A stretch of 64,000 nucleotides of DNA, from assembly GCA_964016885.1 (NCBI GenBank), contig OZ024746.1, forward strand, positions 92,504,001 through 92,568,000. Direction: 5' to 3'. Shown piece by piece: positions 1 through 11,363 of this stretch (positions are counted from its first letter, which is position 1; each line of letters opens with the position of its first letter). Source of the stretch: Eledone cirrhosa (taxonomy: Eukaryota). A program made the position numbers and the translations under genes. Below the pieces are notes generated by a model. That model saw nothing but the letters and a program-made list of their open reading frames with translations, had not been told where the DNA came from and ran no database searches.

Positions 1-1207
1 CTAACGCTCATAGCTGAATCAATGGCTGAACTCGAGAAGAAATTCCAAACATGGAAGCATGGCCTAGAATCAAAAGGCCTTAAAGTTAACTTGTCTAAGA
101 CTAAAGTTCTAGTTTGTAGGAAGGAAAATAGGGCACCTGTCCCATCTGGGAAATGGCCATGCTCAGTGTGTAGGAAAGGAGTAGGCAGAAATTCCATTTT
201 ATGTCCCAAATGCAAAGTATGGGTGCATAAAAGATGTAGTGGGATCACAGGTAAGCTAACTAAGAATATAGATTTTATATGTGGCCGGTGCTCTGGTGCA
301 ATAAGTAACAGCAAGTGCCCACAGAATACTAGCTCATTCCATTGCACAGATGGTTCTATAGAAATAGTGGACAGCTTCCGTTACCTGGGTGACAAAATCA
401 GCAGTGGGGGAGGGTGCTCTGAAAGTACAGTAGCTAGAGTCAGAACGGGATGGAAAAAGTTCAGAGAGCTTATACCACTATTGGCCGCTAAAGGGTTCTC
501 TCTAAAAATGAAAGGCAGGCTGTATGATGCCTGCATACGAACAACAATGTTACATGGCAGTGAGACCTGGGCATTGTGTGCAGAAGATATACGCAGACTG
601 GAGAGAAACGAAGCTTGCATGCTCCGTTGGATGTGTAATAATAATATACGTGAACGGCAAAGCATAAACGAACTAAGGGAGAAATTAGGAATAAGAGGGA
701 TCAGATGTTGTTTACTTGAGAGAAGACTACGTTGGTACGGTCACGTGATGTGCATGAAAGACGACAGCTGTATAAAAAAGTGCAGGGCGATAAAAATAGA
801 CGGTAGCCACGGAGTAGGCAGACCCAGAAAAACCTGGGACGACTTGATAAATTCCGACCTCACACACTTACACCTCTCCAAGACAATGTCCACTGGACCG
901 AGATCTTTGGCGCTACACAGTTATACAGAAGACCCGCCTTGCCTAAGTACAAAGCGAAACCTACAGTCAGTAGGCACCTCTATCAAAATACACCCCCGTC
1001 CCACTACCCCCACCCCATCCACACCACTCCCTTAAATGTGAAATTATGTTGGTACCACAACATCCAGTCCAAAACAAATGAGGTCGTGTAAATGTCACAA
1101 CAAAAAAACACACAGTCCACGCTGTAATGTGGCCATGTAGGTAACACGGTAAAAACCTCCCAGTACACAGTGTAAACGTGGTTGGTGTTGGGAAGGGCAC
1201 CCAGCCG
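1..1207 (+). mobile_element. RTE-clade LINE, 3' part of ORF (end of RT, thumb, C-terminal region) plus partial 3' UTR
   Basis: ORF with GLKVNLSKTKV, FRYLG, HGSETW, RRLRWYGHV and GRPRKTW motifs. The frame is open from base 1. A 1-nt frameshift near 890 is seen by comparison with the copy at 26954. The 3' UTR matches 27680-27940. Confidence 0.9.
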
Positions 1208-1854
1208 TCATCAAAGTTGACATAAAATAAGGATGATAATCATCATCATCATCAACAAAGTTGACATAAAATAAGGAGGATGATGATAGAGTTTTACATC
1301 TCAAGTCCTATTCTTTCCTTCTTTCTCTCAGGAAATCAGTGATATACTGTTACAGTTTCTAATATTCTTGTAACATTGATGTTATAGATACAATCCTGAC
1401 TTCCATCTGCTATCAACCTAAAATGGACTGATCAAAATTTATTCCATCAGCAAACATTGAGTAATTTGTTTTAAATGATTTTGCAAGAGCAAGGAAATTG
1501 AAAATACTGTAGGGCAATAATTTATCATTAATTTTCGTTCATTAAACTAATTTTTTTCAAATTATGTCTATAATACTTCTTATTTCAAACCATTTTCATT
1601 GATTTTGCTTTTTTTCTTCAGTTTCTGTGTACTGTGGGTGTGGGGGGAGGGGCTTAGAGGTTGTATCATTACTCGGAAATTTCATATTACATTGAAATTA
1701 AGAGAGTTAAATCATACTTTAGAATTAATTGCAGCTTGACTTTCAGAGAATATCTTAGAGGTGATCTGTTTTGTTTGTTTTTAAATATTTTATTGTAATA
1801 ATTGTTATCAAAACATACTGGGAAAAATATGGTAGAATATTTTGTTTCAATAGC

Positions 1855-1923
<69 letters not shown>

Positions 1924-2454
1924 ATGTGAAGGTGCATGGCTTAGTAGTTAGAGTATTGCGCCAAGCTGGTGCCAAGCTGGTGCCAAGCTGTATTGGTCTT
2001 AGCCTTTCCTGTGGACAACATCAGTGGCATGAAGAGGAGAGGCTGGCTGGTATGCATGGGCAACTGTTGGTCTTCCACAAACAATTTTGCCTGAACTTGT
2101 GCTTCAGAGGAGAACTTGGTGCAAATCCCATGGTCATTCGTGACCGAAGGGGGTCTTTACTCTTTACCCATTTTATATATATATAAACAAGCAAAAAATA
2201 AATAGAAATATATCTTATGAGATATGTAGAAAATGACCAATTTTTTAAAAGCTGGTACAATGTGGTAGAAAATACGAAGGGCAAATGATGGTAAACCAAA
2301 CAAAGTAATGTTTTACCCAGTGTATTATAACATGATATTTCAGGGCTATTACCCTCTTTTCAGATGTGGGGCTGAAACAGACTTAGATAAAACAAACGAA
2401 TGATTTGAGCTTTCTTCTGCAACTGGTCCTATGTTGGAAAAACTTATGTACATG

Positions 2455-2865
2455 TGCAGGGTTGCTAGAGTAACCATTCCACCTCGTGCTTCTCTGACCT
2501 ATTATCTATTTCTGGCTTTCTAATTGTCCCATCAACAACACAGAAGTGTGCATGAGAACATATGTGGTCTATAAAATCCCATGTAAAGACTGCAGCTCCT
2601 CATACATTGCAAAGTACCATAAGGAGGCTACACATACAGATGAAGGAACATGTGACAATGAGAGCCTCTTCCACCAGAAAACCTCTTGACAGATGCCACA
2701 ACCAAGACATTGAGGTGAAAGGAATATGGGAAAGGAATAGGGTGAAAGGAATATGGGAAATTTACATTAAGAATTAACAAAACCATTTTAATTAGCTGAT
2801 TAAAACCAGAAATTGATAATAGGTCAGAGAGGCACGAGGTGTAATGGTTACTATAGCAACCCTTC
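2455..2865 (+). mobile_element. Penelope-like element remnant: degenerate GIY-YIG endonuclease with an inverted partial terminal copy
   Basis: About 2545-2650 reads EVCMRTYVVYKIPCKDCSSSYI-(frameshift)-STIRRLHIQMKEH (VVY..YI..R..EH). About 2460-2525 is a diverged reverse complement of about 2790-2860. Confidence 0.75.
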
Positions 2866-4234
2866 TTCCCATTGTTCAGTGATTTTCGCGTCATTGGCAG
2901 CCACACACCATCATTTTTCCTGACAGGAACGGGGTATGGAAAGCAACAACAGACATGTGCTGTCTCTGTGACATTCGGTATGTAGTGGGTACAAACAACA
3001 TGGCTCCACACCCAGGACACTGTGGAGTGACATAGCTTCATTGACGTATCAGTATTTTTCTCCATCCACTTCCCAGTGGCAGGGTTGCTGTGACATATGG
3101 CAGACATTCGGCCAGCAGCAAACGGTCAACTTGGAATTGGTAGAGACCAAGGGAATCCAAGTGTAACACCATGCCATCTACTAATTCCAGCCAACTGATT
3201 CTACACCTGCCAATTGTGATACCACTTGCAACCCAGCTGCACATGTCAGTCCTGTTCATGAAAATTATGATTTAGGCATTATAGGATTAAGTTTTTTGTT
3301 GTTCTGAGATAAATGTTATGTATTTGACTCAGTTCCTCCAGCTTTATCACTAGAAATAGCTTAGTTCTAGCAACTATAACAAATGGAATTTTCAAATAAG
3401 AAAACAACCATTCCTCTGGAGTAAGGAAGGTAGTTTGTTCATTTTGTGGTGTAGGGGTTCAACGAGGAACTAATATTTGCATTTTGCTACATCTTACAAT
3501 AATTCTGTCTCACTTGTGAAGGCATTGGAGATCCATATTGATTCAGAAAGTAAAAGCCAGATTTTAATTTCTGTGAATGATAAAGTAAAATAAAATATTA
3601 AAATGCTCAAAAGAATTGAAATGATGTAAAATAAATAATAGTGAATGACATCAGAATGACAATCTAAAATCATTTAAGTAATGTAAAAATACTAAAATAA
3701 CAGAGAAACCATAGAAATAATCTCTACCATTGTTTAGATCGAAAATAAATATTTTAAGAATTTTGAAGCCTATTTTTAAATATATTTTATTTAAAAGAAA
3801 ATAAAGCTTTTCATTTTGAAATGTGGTTTAGAGAAATAGGTATAAACAGATTCCTGATTAACAATACATTACAGATCATACTTCATGCTTTCCTTGTTAA
3901 CAAGTCTTCTTATAGCATGTCTTAAGATGAATTAATGCTAACACAATTTCTTCATATCTTCTTTTATCACATTTTTAGAATATAGTTCATTAAATTTATT
4001 TTATTGTTATTTAAAACCAGGTTAGCTATGATTCAACATTCCTGGTTGTTTTTATTTGTTTTTCTTTTCAGACGTAGTGTATCTAGGACTACATTATCTA
4101 ATGTGCTCTTCCTCTTTAAGATGAAAGGACGTAGTGTATCTAGGACTACATTATCTAATGTACTCTTCCTCTTTAAGATGAAAGAGTTTGATTTGAGAAA
4201 GCTTTGACTGCTATATTTTTGCTGGTTGAGCTAA

Positions 4235-4828
4235 CACTGGTGTACAACATGGTGTACCACAGTATATGTAGCTTATTACACTGTTGTATAACATGATGTA
4301 CCACAGTATATGTAGCTTATTACACTGTTGTACATGATGTACCATGGTGCATGTAGTTGTTTTATATTTAAACTGTTGTACCACATGATGTTCTGTACCA
4401 TGGTACATGTAGTTGTTGTTTTAAACTGATGTACCACATGATGTGCTGTATCATGGTACATGTAGTTAAACTGGCGTACCACATGACATACTGTTCCATG
4501 GTATATGTAGTTAAACTGATGTACCACATGATGTGCTGTACCATGGTACATGTAGTTAAACTGGTGTACCACATGATGTGCTGTACCATGGTATATGTGG
4601 TTAAACTGATGTACCACATGATGTGTTGTACCATGGTACATGTAGTTAAACTGGTGTACCACATGATGTGCTGTATCATGGTATATGTAGTTAAACTGGT
4701 GTACCACATGATGTGCTGTACCATGGTATATGTAGTTAAACTGGTGTACCACATGACATACTGTACCATGGTACATGTAGTTAAACTGGTGTACCACATG
4801 ATGTGCTGTACCATGGTATTTGTAGTTG
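4235..4828. repeat. 45-bp minisatellite
   Basis: GTACCACATGATGTGCTGTACCATGGTACATGTAGTTAAACTGGT, about 10-12 copies. Explains the 15-aa repeat ORFs. Confidence 0.93.
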
Positions 4829-5378
4829 TTTGATATTTTCTCAACAAATCATGCAAATCAGAAAATGACTTACCCTAATTTAATGATGTGTTAGAAATCT
4901 GTCAGAAATCTCTCATTTCCAAACCATGTTGTGTTCAGTTTGAACTAAAGGTTATAATAATGTCCACCACCACCACCAATCACCATCATCATTATCATAT
5001 TGCACTACTTAAATATCTGCCTCCTTATTGGCAGAGCCATTATAGTTAAGATCGATATTCCAGTTCTTTAGATAAATAACCCACATAGAAGAGAAAAGCA
5101 ACTATCTATTTCTTTAGGTTTTTTTTTTAATGGGCTTGGCAAAGATGTCTTTTAATGTAGTATCATTCTTTACTCATTTTTACTTTGAACTAATATTCTT
5201 TCCAACATATATATATCGATAGTTGTGTGTGTATGTGTATATGTGTAAGTAAGTGTAGATATGAACATGAAAATTTATAAATTTGCGCATTTTTGGATAA
5301 GCAAAGTTTTAGATATCTATGTCTGTCTGTTTATGCTAATCTGTATATTTACATATTTATTGAGATAGGGGTGATCAT

Positions 5379-5433
<55 letters not shown>

Positions 5434-5861
5434 TGTGGGTCGTACAGTGAAATACTGGTGTTGGTTTTTTTCTATTATATATATATATATATTATATAGA
5501 AAAGACTTCTACATGACTAGAACATTCATTCGTATGAAATCATCACCAGTCTGCATCCATATTGGCATGGGTTGACTAGATGTTCACAGACCAAGTTAGT
5601 ACTCTATGGGAGCTACTACCTTCCTAGACAGGTTAGCGTAACAGGCAGTGGCGTAACTAACGGGGGACAGTGGGGGCTGCCCCCCTGGCTTTCCTGTCGG
5701 TCTAGGTGGGCCCCCTAGGCTATAATTCTAAACACAGCTTATTACACATGTAATTACGAATCCTTAACTACAACAACTTAAAGAAAACCCTTAATCTCTA
5801 ATAAGACTAGAAGTTAAGACCAATCTCTTGTTTATTTAAAAAATATAATATTTTGGATAAA

Positions 5862-6108
5862 ATGGCAACTGCATCTAAAAAAAAGTGTAGACAATAGTCC
5901 GTCGAATAAAAACGTTAAATTTTTTTTACTTGCTTTCCCCACATCTTATTTAGTTGAATCAGATTTCAGTCAGGTGATGCATCTGCTTTCAAAAAGTCAA
6001 AATCGCCTTGATATAGAAAGAAGAGGTGATTTACGACTCTCTCTAACGGCTTTCACACCAAACATTGACAAATTAGTAGCCTTGCATCAATCACAGAGAT
6101 CTCATTAA
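5862..6108 (+). pseudogene. Internally deleted Buster/Charlie-type hAT transposase remnant (N-terminus joined to C-terminus)
   Basis: MATASKKKCRQ*SVE* (compare the Buster-type KKKCRQYSVEY) is followed almost directly by LLAFPTSYLVESDFSQVMHLLSKSQNRLDIERRGDLRLSLTAFTPNIDKLVALHQSQRSH*, a Buster-type C-terminus. Confidence 0.75.
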
Positions 6109-6508
6109 AAACCGATTATTATATTCTTTGATTTGTAAATATAAATAAATGATTTGATATCTAAATTCTATATTATTCTATTTGTTTGAAATGTTGTAAT
6201 ACATGCTTATGTTATTCTCGATACTCAGGTTTTTAACCTAATATTTAATTAAAAGTATAGTTATGCATGAGTATATACACACAAATTGATATATCTATAT
6301 ATTGTGTGTATATATAGAAAAAATATATATGATATTTTTATTTATGTTGTTACTTTTTATCATTAGTCACATTTTAGAACAATTTGGTATTTGCGACATT
6401 TCCTGGACTTTTGCTTTTCGTCGATTATTAGACATGTTTTACATTCTTCGGTGTTGAATATCAAATCAAGCAAATTGCATTATTAAGCAAATTGCATTAT
6501 CAAGCAAA

Positions 6509-6862
6509 TTGCATTATTATTATTTATCATTCAAAGATTTTTACAAGGAAGTGTGTTTAGATAAATCCATATCAAGTTCTGAGATCGTTCCGTTTATGAT
6601 TTCTAATGACTTAGATAGAGCCTACCCGAACGTGTTTGCCTTATACAAAATGTTCATAACTATTCTGGTTAGCTCAGCGCAGGCTGAGCGAACCTTCATC
6701 AGGCTCAAACTGATAAAGAATTATTTGCATAGTACCATCAGTGAAGAGCGGTTGAATGCTCTGGCAATGATGTACATAGAGCGAGAACTGGCTGAAAAAA
6801 TTGACTTCAGCATCGTGATTGAAAAATTTTCTAAAGTAAAACATCGCAAATTAGAACTGTAG
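6509..6862 (+). pseudogene. hAT transposase C-terminal dimerisation domain remnant (Tip100/ZMYM1-like)
   Basis: YPNV...ITILVSSAQAERTFIRLKLIKNYLHSTISEERLNALAMMYIERE resembles the hATC 'SSA.AERSFS.LK.IK..LRST' motif. Confidence 0.85.
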
Positions 6863-7307
6863 AACAAGTGATATGCTCGAATGTGAAAGTAAAGTTTTAG
6901 ATGGACGATTTGTTGTACATACGAATTTTTGTTGGTGAATAATCGATTGCAAAACTAGTTTTATTGGATGTTGTTTTTTTTTCTGAAGATAGACCACCGT
7001 CTTCGCAGTTAATAAAGTTTTCACGGAACATGCTAACTCTGTAATCTATGATGCTGTCTACTCTATTATAAATTATTATATATTCTATATGTGTGTATGA
7101 ACATATTTCCTTGCAGCCGATGGAAATGAGTGTATGGAATTGGTGGGCCCCCTTTAGATCGAATTTGCCCCCCACCCCCTGGCTTTAAAAGCTAGTTACG
7201 CCACTGGTAACAGGATATACTTGAATACATTGTTTGCATGGCTTGTATAGTTTGATGTCTTCCTTATTTTCCTCTTTATAGAGCATACTAGGTGCATTTT
7301 ATACATG

Positions 7308-7385
<78 letters not shown>

Positions 7386-7775
7386 GGGTTCTAATAGATT
7401 CTCCTGTTGATTTCAATATATAAGGGTCCAGCAGCAATTTTGCTTGATATTTATGTTTCTAAGGTAAACCCAGTAATGTTGGTGCCATGATAAAATGCAG
7501 TTTACACGGGAAAACTGTTGATATTGGTGTCATGATAAAAGGCATCCAGTACACTCTGAACATAAACCAATGTTTACTGCAGAGCAACTTAAACCAATGT
7601 TTACTGTAGAGTACCTTAAACCAATGTTTACTGTAGAGTACCTTAAAAGTCACCTGTTAAAATTTCTACAGAAATATTTTGTATTCATTTCAACTGAGAT
7701 CAAAACGATTACATAATTATGACTTCAAGTTTGTTTTGTTGAGACAATCAAAGCCTCTCAATTACAATGTCATCG

Positions 7776-7933
7776 TCTTCTTCTTCTTCTTCTTCTTCTT
7801 CTTTTTCTTCTTTTTCTTCTTCTTTTTCTTCTTCTTCTTCTTCTTCTTCTTCTTCTTCTTCTTCTTCTTCTTCTTCTTTTTCTTCTTTTTCTTCTTTTTC
7901 TTCTTCTTCTTCTTCTTCTTCTTTTCCTTCTTC

Positions 7934-7965
<32 letters not shown>

Positions 7966-8030
7966 CTTCTTCTTCTTCTTTTTTTTCTTCTTCTTCTTCT
8001 TCTTCTTCTTCTTCTTCTTCTTCTTCTTCT
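7776..8030. repeat. (TTC)n trinucleotide microsatellite, about 250 bp
   Basis: Seen directly, with occasional TTT interruptions. Confidence 0.97.
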
Positions 8031-8225
8031 ATGGAACTGGAGCCATCCTAGGTCAGTAATCCCAGTGACATTATTGTACATAGAGCTGATCAGGTCCACC
8101 AGTACCCTCCGTGGTCCGATGCCAACCCCTCAGTATCCTCCAAGGTGACGTCAAGCTTCTGGAGATCTTCTTTAATCACCTCCAGTCATTTCGTGCAGGG
8201 CCTGTCACGTGGCCAGCCTGTAGCT
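8031..8225 (-). mobile_element. RTE-like LINE 3' end whose (GAA)n tail expanded into the adjacent TTC tract
   Basis: Minus strand reads GWPRDRPCTK*LEVIKEDLQKLDV (degenerate GRPR..W...IKEDL) and runs into (GAA)n. Confidence 0.6.
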
Positions 8226-8360
8226 GTAGAAAAAACATCTATGATAAAGCCTGCCTTTAACCAATCCATTACCATATTTTTTATGAAATACACTGTATTG
8301 GAATTAATCAATAAATAATTTGGAGCAATATACTAAAATTATTAATTATTTCAATATTAA

Positions 8361-8589
8361 CCCTTTAGTTGCCAAACCCAGCCAAAACCAGCTCTGGTTC
8401 TATGAAATAAAGCCACCCATTTTAAACGTTTCCAATTGAAATTAAAATCTTCCAACATAATTTTATATTAACCTTACATTAAGTTACTATCTTAGTAATG
8501 AAATAATTAATATTTTTAGTAAATCCCTCAAAACCCTTCAATAATTAATTGAAACAGTGTATTTCATTCGAAATTTGGTCATGAAAGGG
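8361..8589 (+). mobile_element. Related TTAA MITE (inverted decayed pieces near 8600-8700 and 49020-49205)
   Basis: TTAA|CCCTTT...AAAGGG|TTAA. Confidence 0.6.
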
Positions 8590-9265
8590 TTAAGATGGTA
8601 TTTGTAACATAACATAACAAAAGATTCTTATATGTAGGAAGATTTTAATTAAAATAGGAACGCTTCAAAATGGATGGCTTTGTTCGATAGAAGCAGAGGA
8701 ATGTTTGAACATAATTAACAGTTTCTAGGAATGTCACAAACAGGAATCATGGTACTAGCTATTCTTTTACTTGTTCCAGTCCAGGAGCTGAAGCCATGCT
8801 GGAGCATAATCATTAAAAGACTCATTTCACCTCTATGTAGAGTGACGATGCTAGTTGATGTAATAGAAACTGTTTACTGAAAGAATAAGCTAATGGAAGT
8901 TTGAGCAGATAATCATAGGCTACAGCTATTGGCTGGTCACTAAGTGAACCACGGTTATATTGGTTGGTCAGTCTAATTGAACCACAATTACATTACTTAC
9001 CTCAGTTTGTTTGGTTCAGAACAGATACCACTCCTAGGGAAAGCAATTAATCATAAATTCAATTTCCCCACTAACATTTCTAACATTAGTACATGATCAT
9101 TGATTGATATTTCTTTTATCAATCCCTGCAAAGATGCAAGGAAAAGACAACTCTGGTAGGACTTGAACTCAGAACATATACAAGGAATTATGTCCATCAC
9201 TCTACTGATTCCACAAGAGAGAGGTGTAAAACCAATAAATTGTTAAACTTGTTTTACTAATATAT

Positions 9266-9690
9266 ATGTCCTAGTATATGATCCCCATCCCACTACCACT
9301 ACCATTATAATGTCCTAGTATATGATCCCCATCCCACTACCACTACCATTATAATGTCCTAGTATATGACTCCCACTACCACTATTATGTCCTAGTATAT
9401 GACACCCTACCGCTGTAATGTCCTAGTATATGACACCTCTCCCACTACCACTGTAATGTCCTAGTATATGACACCCCTCCCACTACCACTATTATGTCCT
9501 AATATGACCCATCCCACTACCACTATAATGCCCTAGTATATGACCCTTCCCCCTCCCACTACCACTATAATGTCCTAGTATATGACCCTTCCCCCTCCCA
9601 CTACCACTATAATGCCCTAGTATATGACCCTTCCCCCTCCCACTACCACTATAATGTCCTAGTATATAACCCCCACCACTACCACTATAA
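9266..9690. repeat. About 30-45-bp minisatellite
   Basis: ATGTCCTAGTATATGACCC...CCCACTACCACTATA, about 11 copies. Confidence 0.9.
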
Positions 9691-10165
9691 AAAGATGGAA
9701 CAGTGTTTCAGACTGTCTTGTTTACATTATTATTGTTATCATGTTAATGTTTAATTAATCTAGTGTTTTATATATGTCTAATGTAGTGTTCTGCCATCTT
9801 ACAACAGATCTATACTATAATCTATAGATTAGTAATCAATATTTCTCTTCTTCAACAGCACCATCAGTGTTTGTTTTCCTGACATTGTTTAGACAGATCT
9901 TTAACAAAACCTATTTCTTCCCCACTCATCAACTCCATTCTCTTGTGTCTGTGTTTACTGGCATTGCTTTCACCATAAAACAGCATTTCAACATTATATT
10001 CTATCTACAATTTTCCTGTTTGTGTAATCTTTGCTTTCCCAGTTAGAATGTTCTGCTTTTTTCTGCTTCTCCCATCTATTTCAGATTTTCTATAGTATTT
10101 ATACTTTTATATACTACAACCCATTGTGTCTTCGAGTTAACATAGAAAATATCTGTCTTCGTGGA

Positions 10166-10417
10166 AATAGGAAAGGTATCTAGCTATAGAAAACTTACCA
10201 GTGATAGGAAAGGTATCTAGCTATAGAAAACTTACCAGTGATAGGAAAGGTATCTAGCTATAGAAAACTTACCAGTGATAGGAAAGGTATCTAGCTATAG
10301 AAAACTTACCAGTGATAGGAAAGGTATCTAGCTATAGAAAACTTACCAGTGATAGGAAAGGTATCTAGCTATAGAAAACTTACCAGTGATAGGAAAGGTA
10401 TCTAGCTATAGAAAACT
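10166..10417. repeat. 37-bp minisatellite (about 7 copies) derived from the RTE-tail motif
   Basis: GTGATAGGAAAGGTATCTAGCTATAGAAAACTTACCA. Confidence 0.93.
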
Positions 10418-11363
10418 CCCCAAACAAAGGGTGAGGATGAATCTTCAGTTGTGTCAAAGACATGACAACTTCTTTAATGTGATAAAATACACCCAGTACA
10501 CTCTGTAGAGTGTGGGATGATATGTAAATCAGGTGCAGCCTCTGGCCCATCTAGGAGGTCAGTAGCTTTGGTTAAGTACTGGTATTGTCTGCGACAACCA
10601 TCTAACCCTTACTAGCAGGGAAAGCAGGTGTTAAATAATGATGATGTAATGTTATCTAAAATTAAGAAACCTGCTCACCCCACCCCACCTCTAAGTTAAA
10701 CTCGTGTGTTTGGTACAATTACAAACTAGTGAAAATACTTGTCAGTGATTGAACTGTAACTTGTCATAGCTATATTAAGACATTGAACATGTGGCATAGT
10801 TAAAATAGGATATAAACTTTCAGATGGTATATTGACATCTTAACTTACCCTCTTGCTACTCTGCATCTTATTCAATACTGTTGTTGTTTAGCCCTAGATC
10901 AACCCTGATCTAGCAACCCTATCATCAAAAGCCTTCCAGCTGTGACCATCTAAGAGTATCTAAGACTATATTATCTAATGTTCTCTTTCCTTTTTAGTTG
11001 TCTTCTGTTATTTTATCATGTTATAACATTTGGTTTATAAACTTTACTTTTATAATGTTAAATACAACATATTCAATAACGACCATATGTTGCTGATCTC
11101 ATCTTAAATATTGATTTCTAGCATTGGAACAAGGTCACATGTTGTACTTGATTAAATCAACCCCAATACTAATAACAGTAACTTTGTCTTCTTATGCACA
11201 AAGCTAAATTTTTAAATAAAACTTTATAATTTAATTACCATATATACTCAAATATAAGCTGAGAAATATCTGACCAAAAACTTGTTAGTAAAAGGGGGGG
11301 GGGGTGACAATTTTTACCCACTTCAAGTTCTACGTAAATGAGGTTTGGAGTTTTGGTCATTTC

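Larger units (their letters stand above)
5646..7206 (+). mobile_element. Non-autonomous hAT DNA transposon (1561 bp) with TIRs and an 8-bp TSD
   Basis: TIRs CAGTGGCGTAACTA...TAGTTACGCCACTG. Exact TSD GTAACAGG at 5638-5645 and 7207-7214. Transposase remnants inside. Confidence 0.93.

Noticed and set aside
4211-4856. His-rich 15-aa repeat ORFs
   Set aside because: A 45-bp minisatellite open on both strands. No evidence of coding constraint.
7679-8099. Poly-F, poly-S and poly-R ORFs
   Set aside because: (TTC)n microsatellite.
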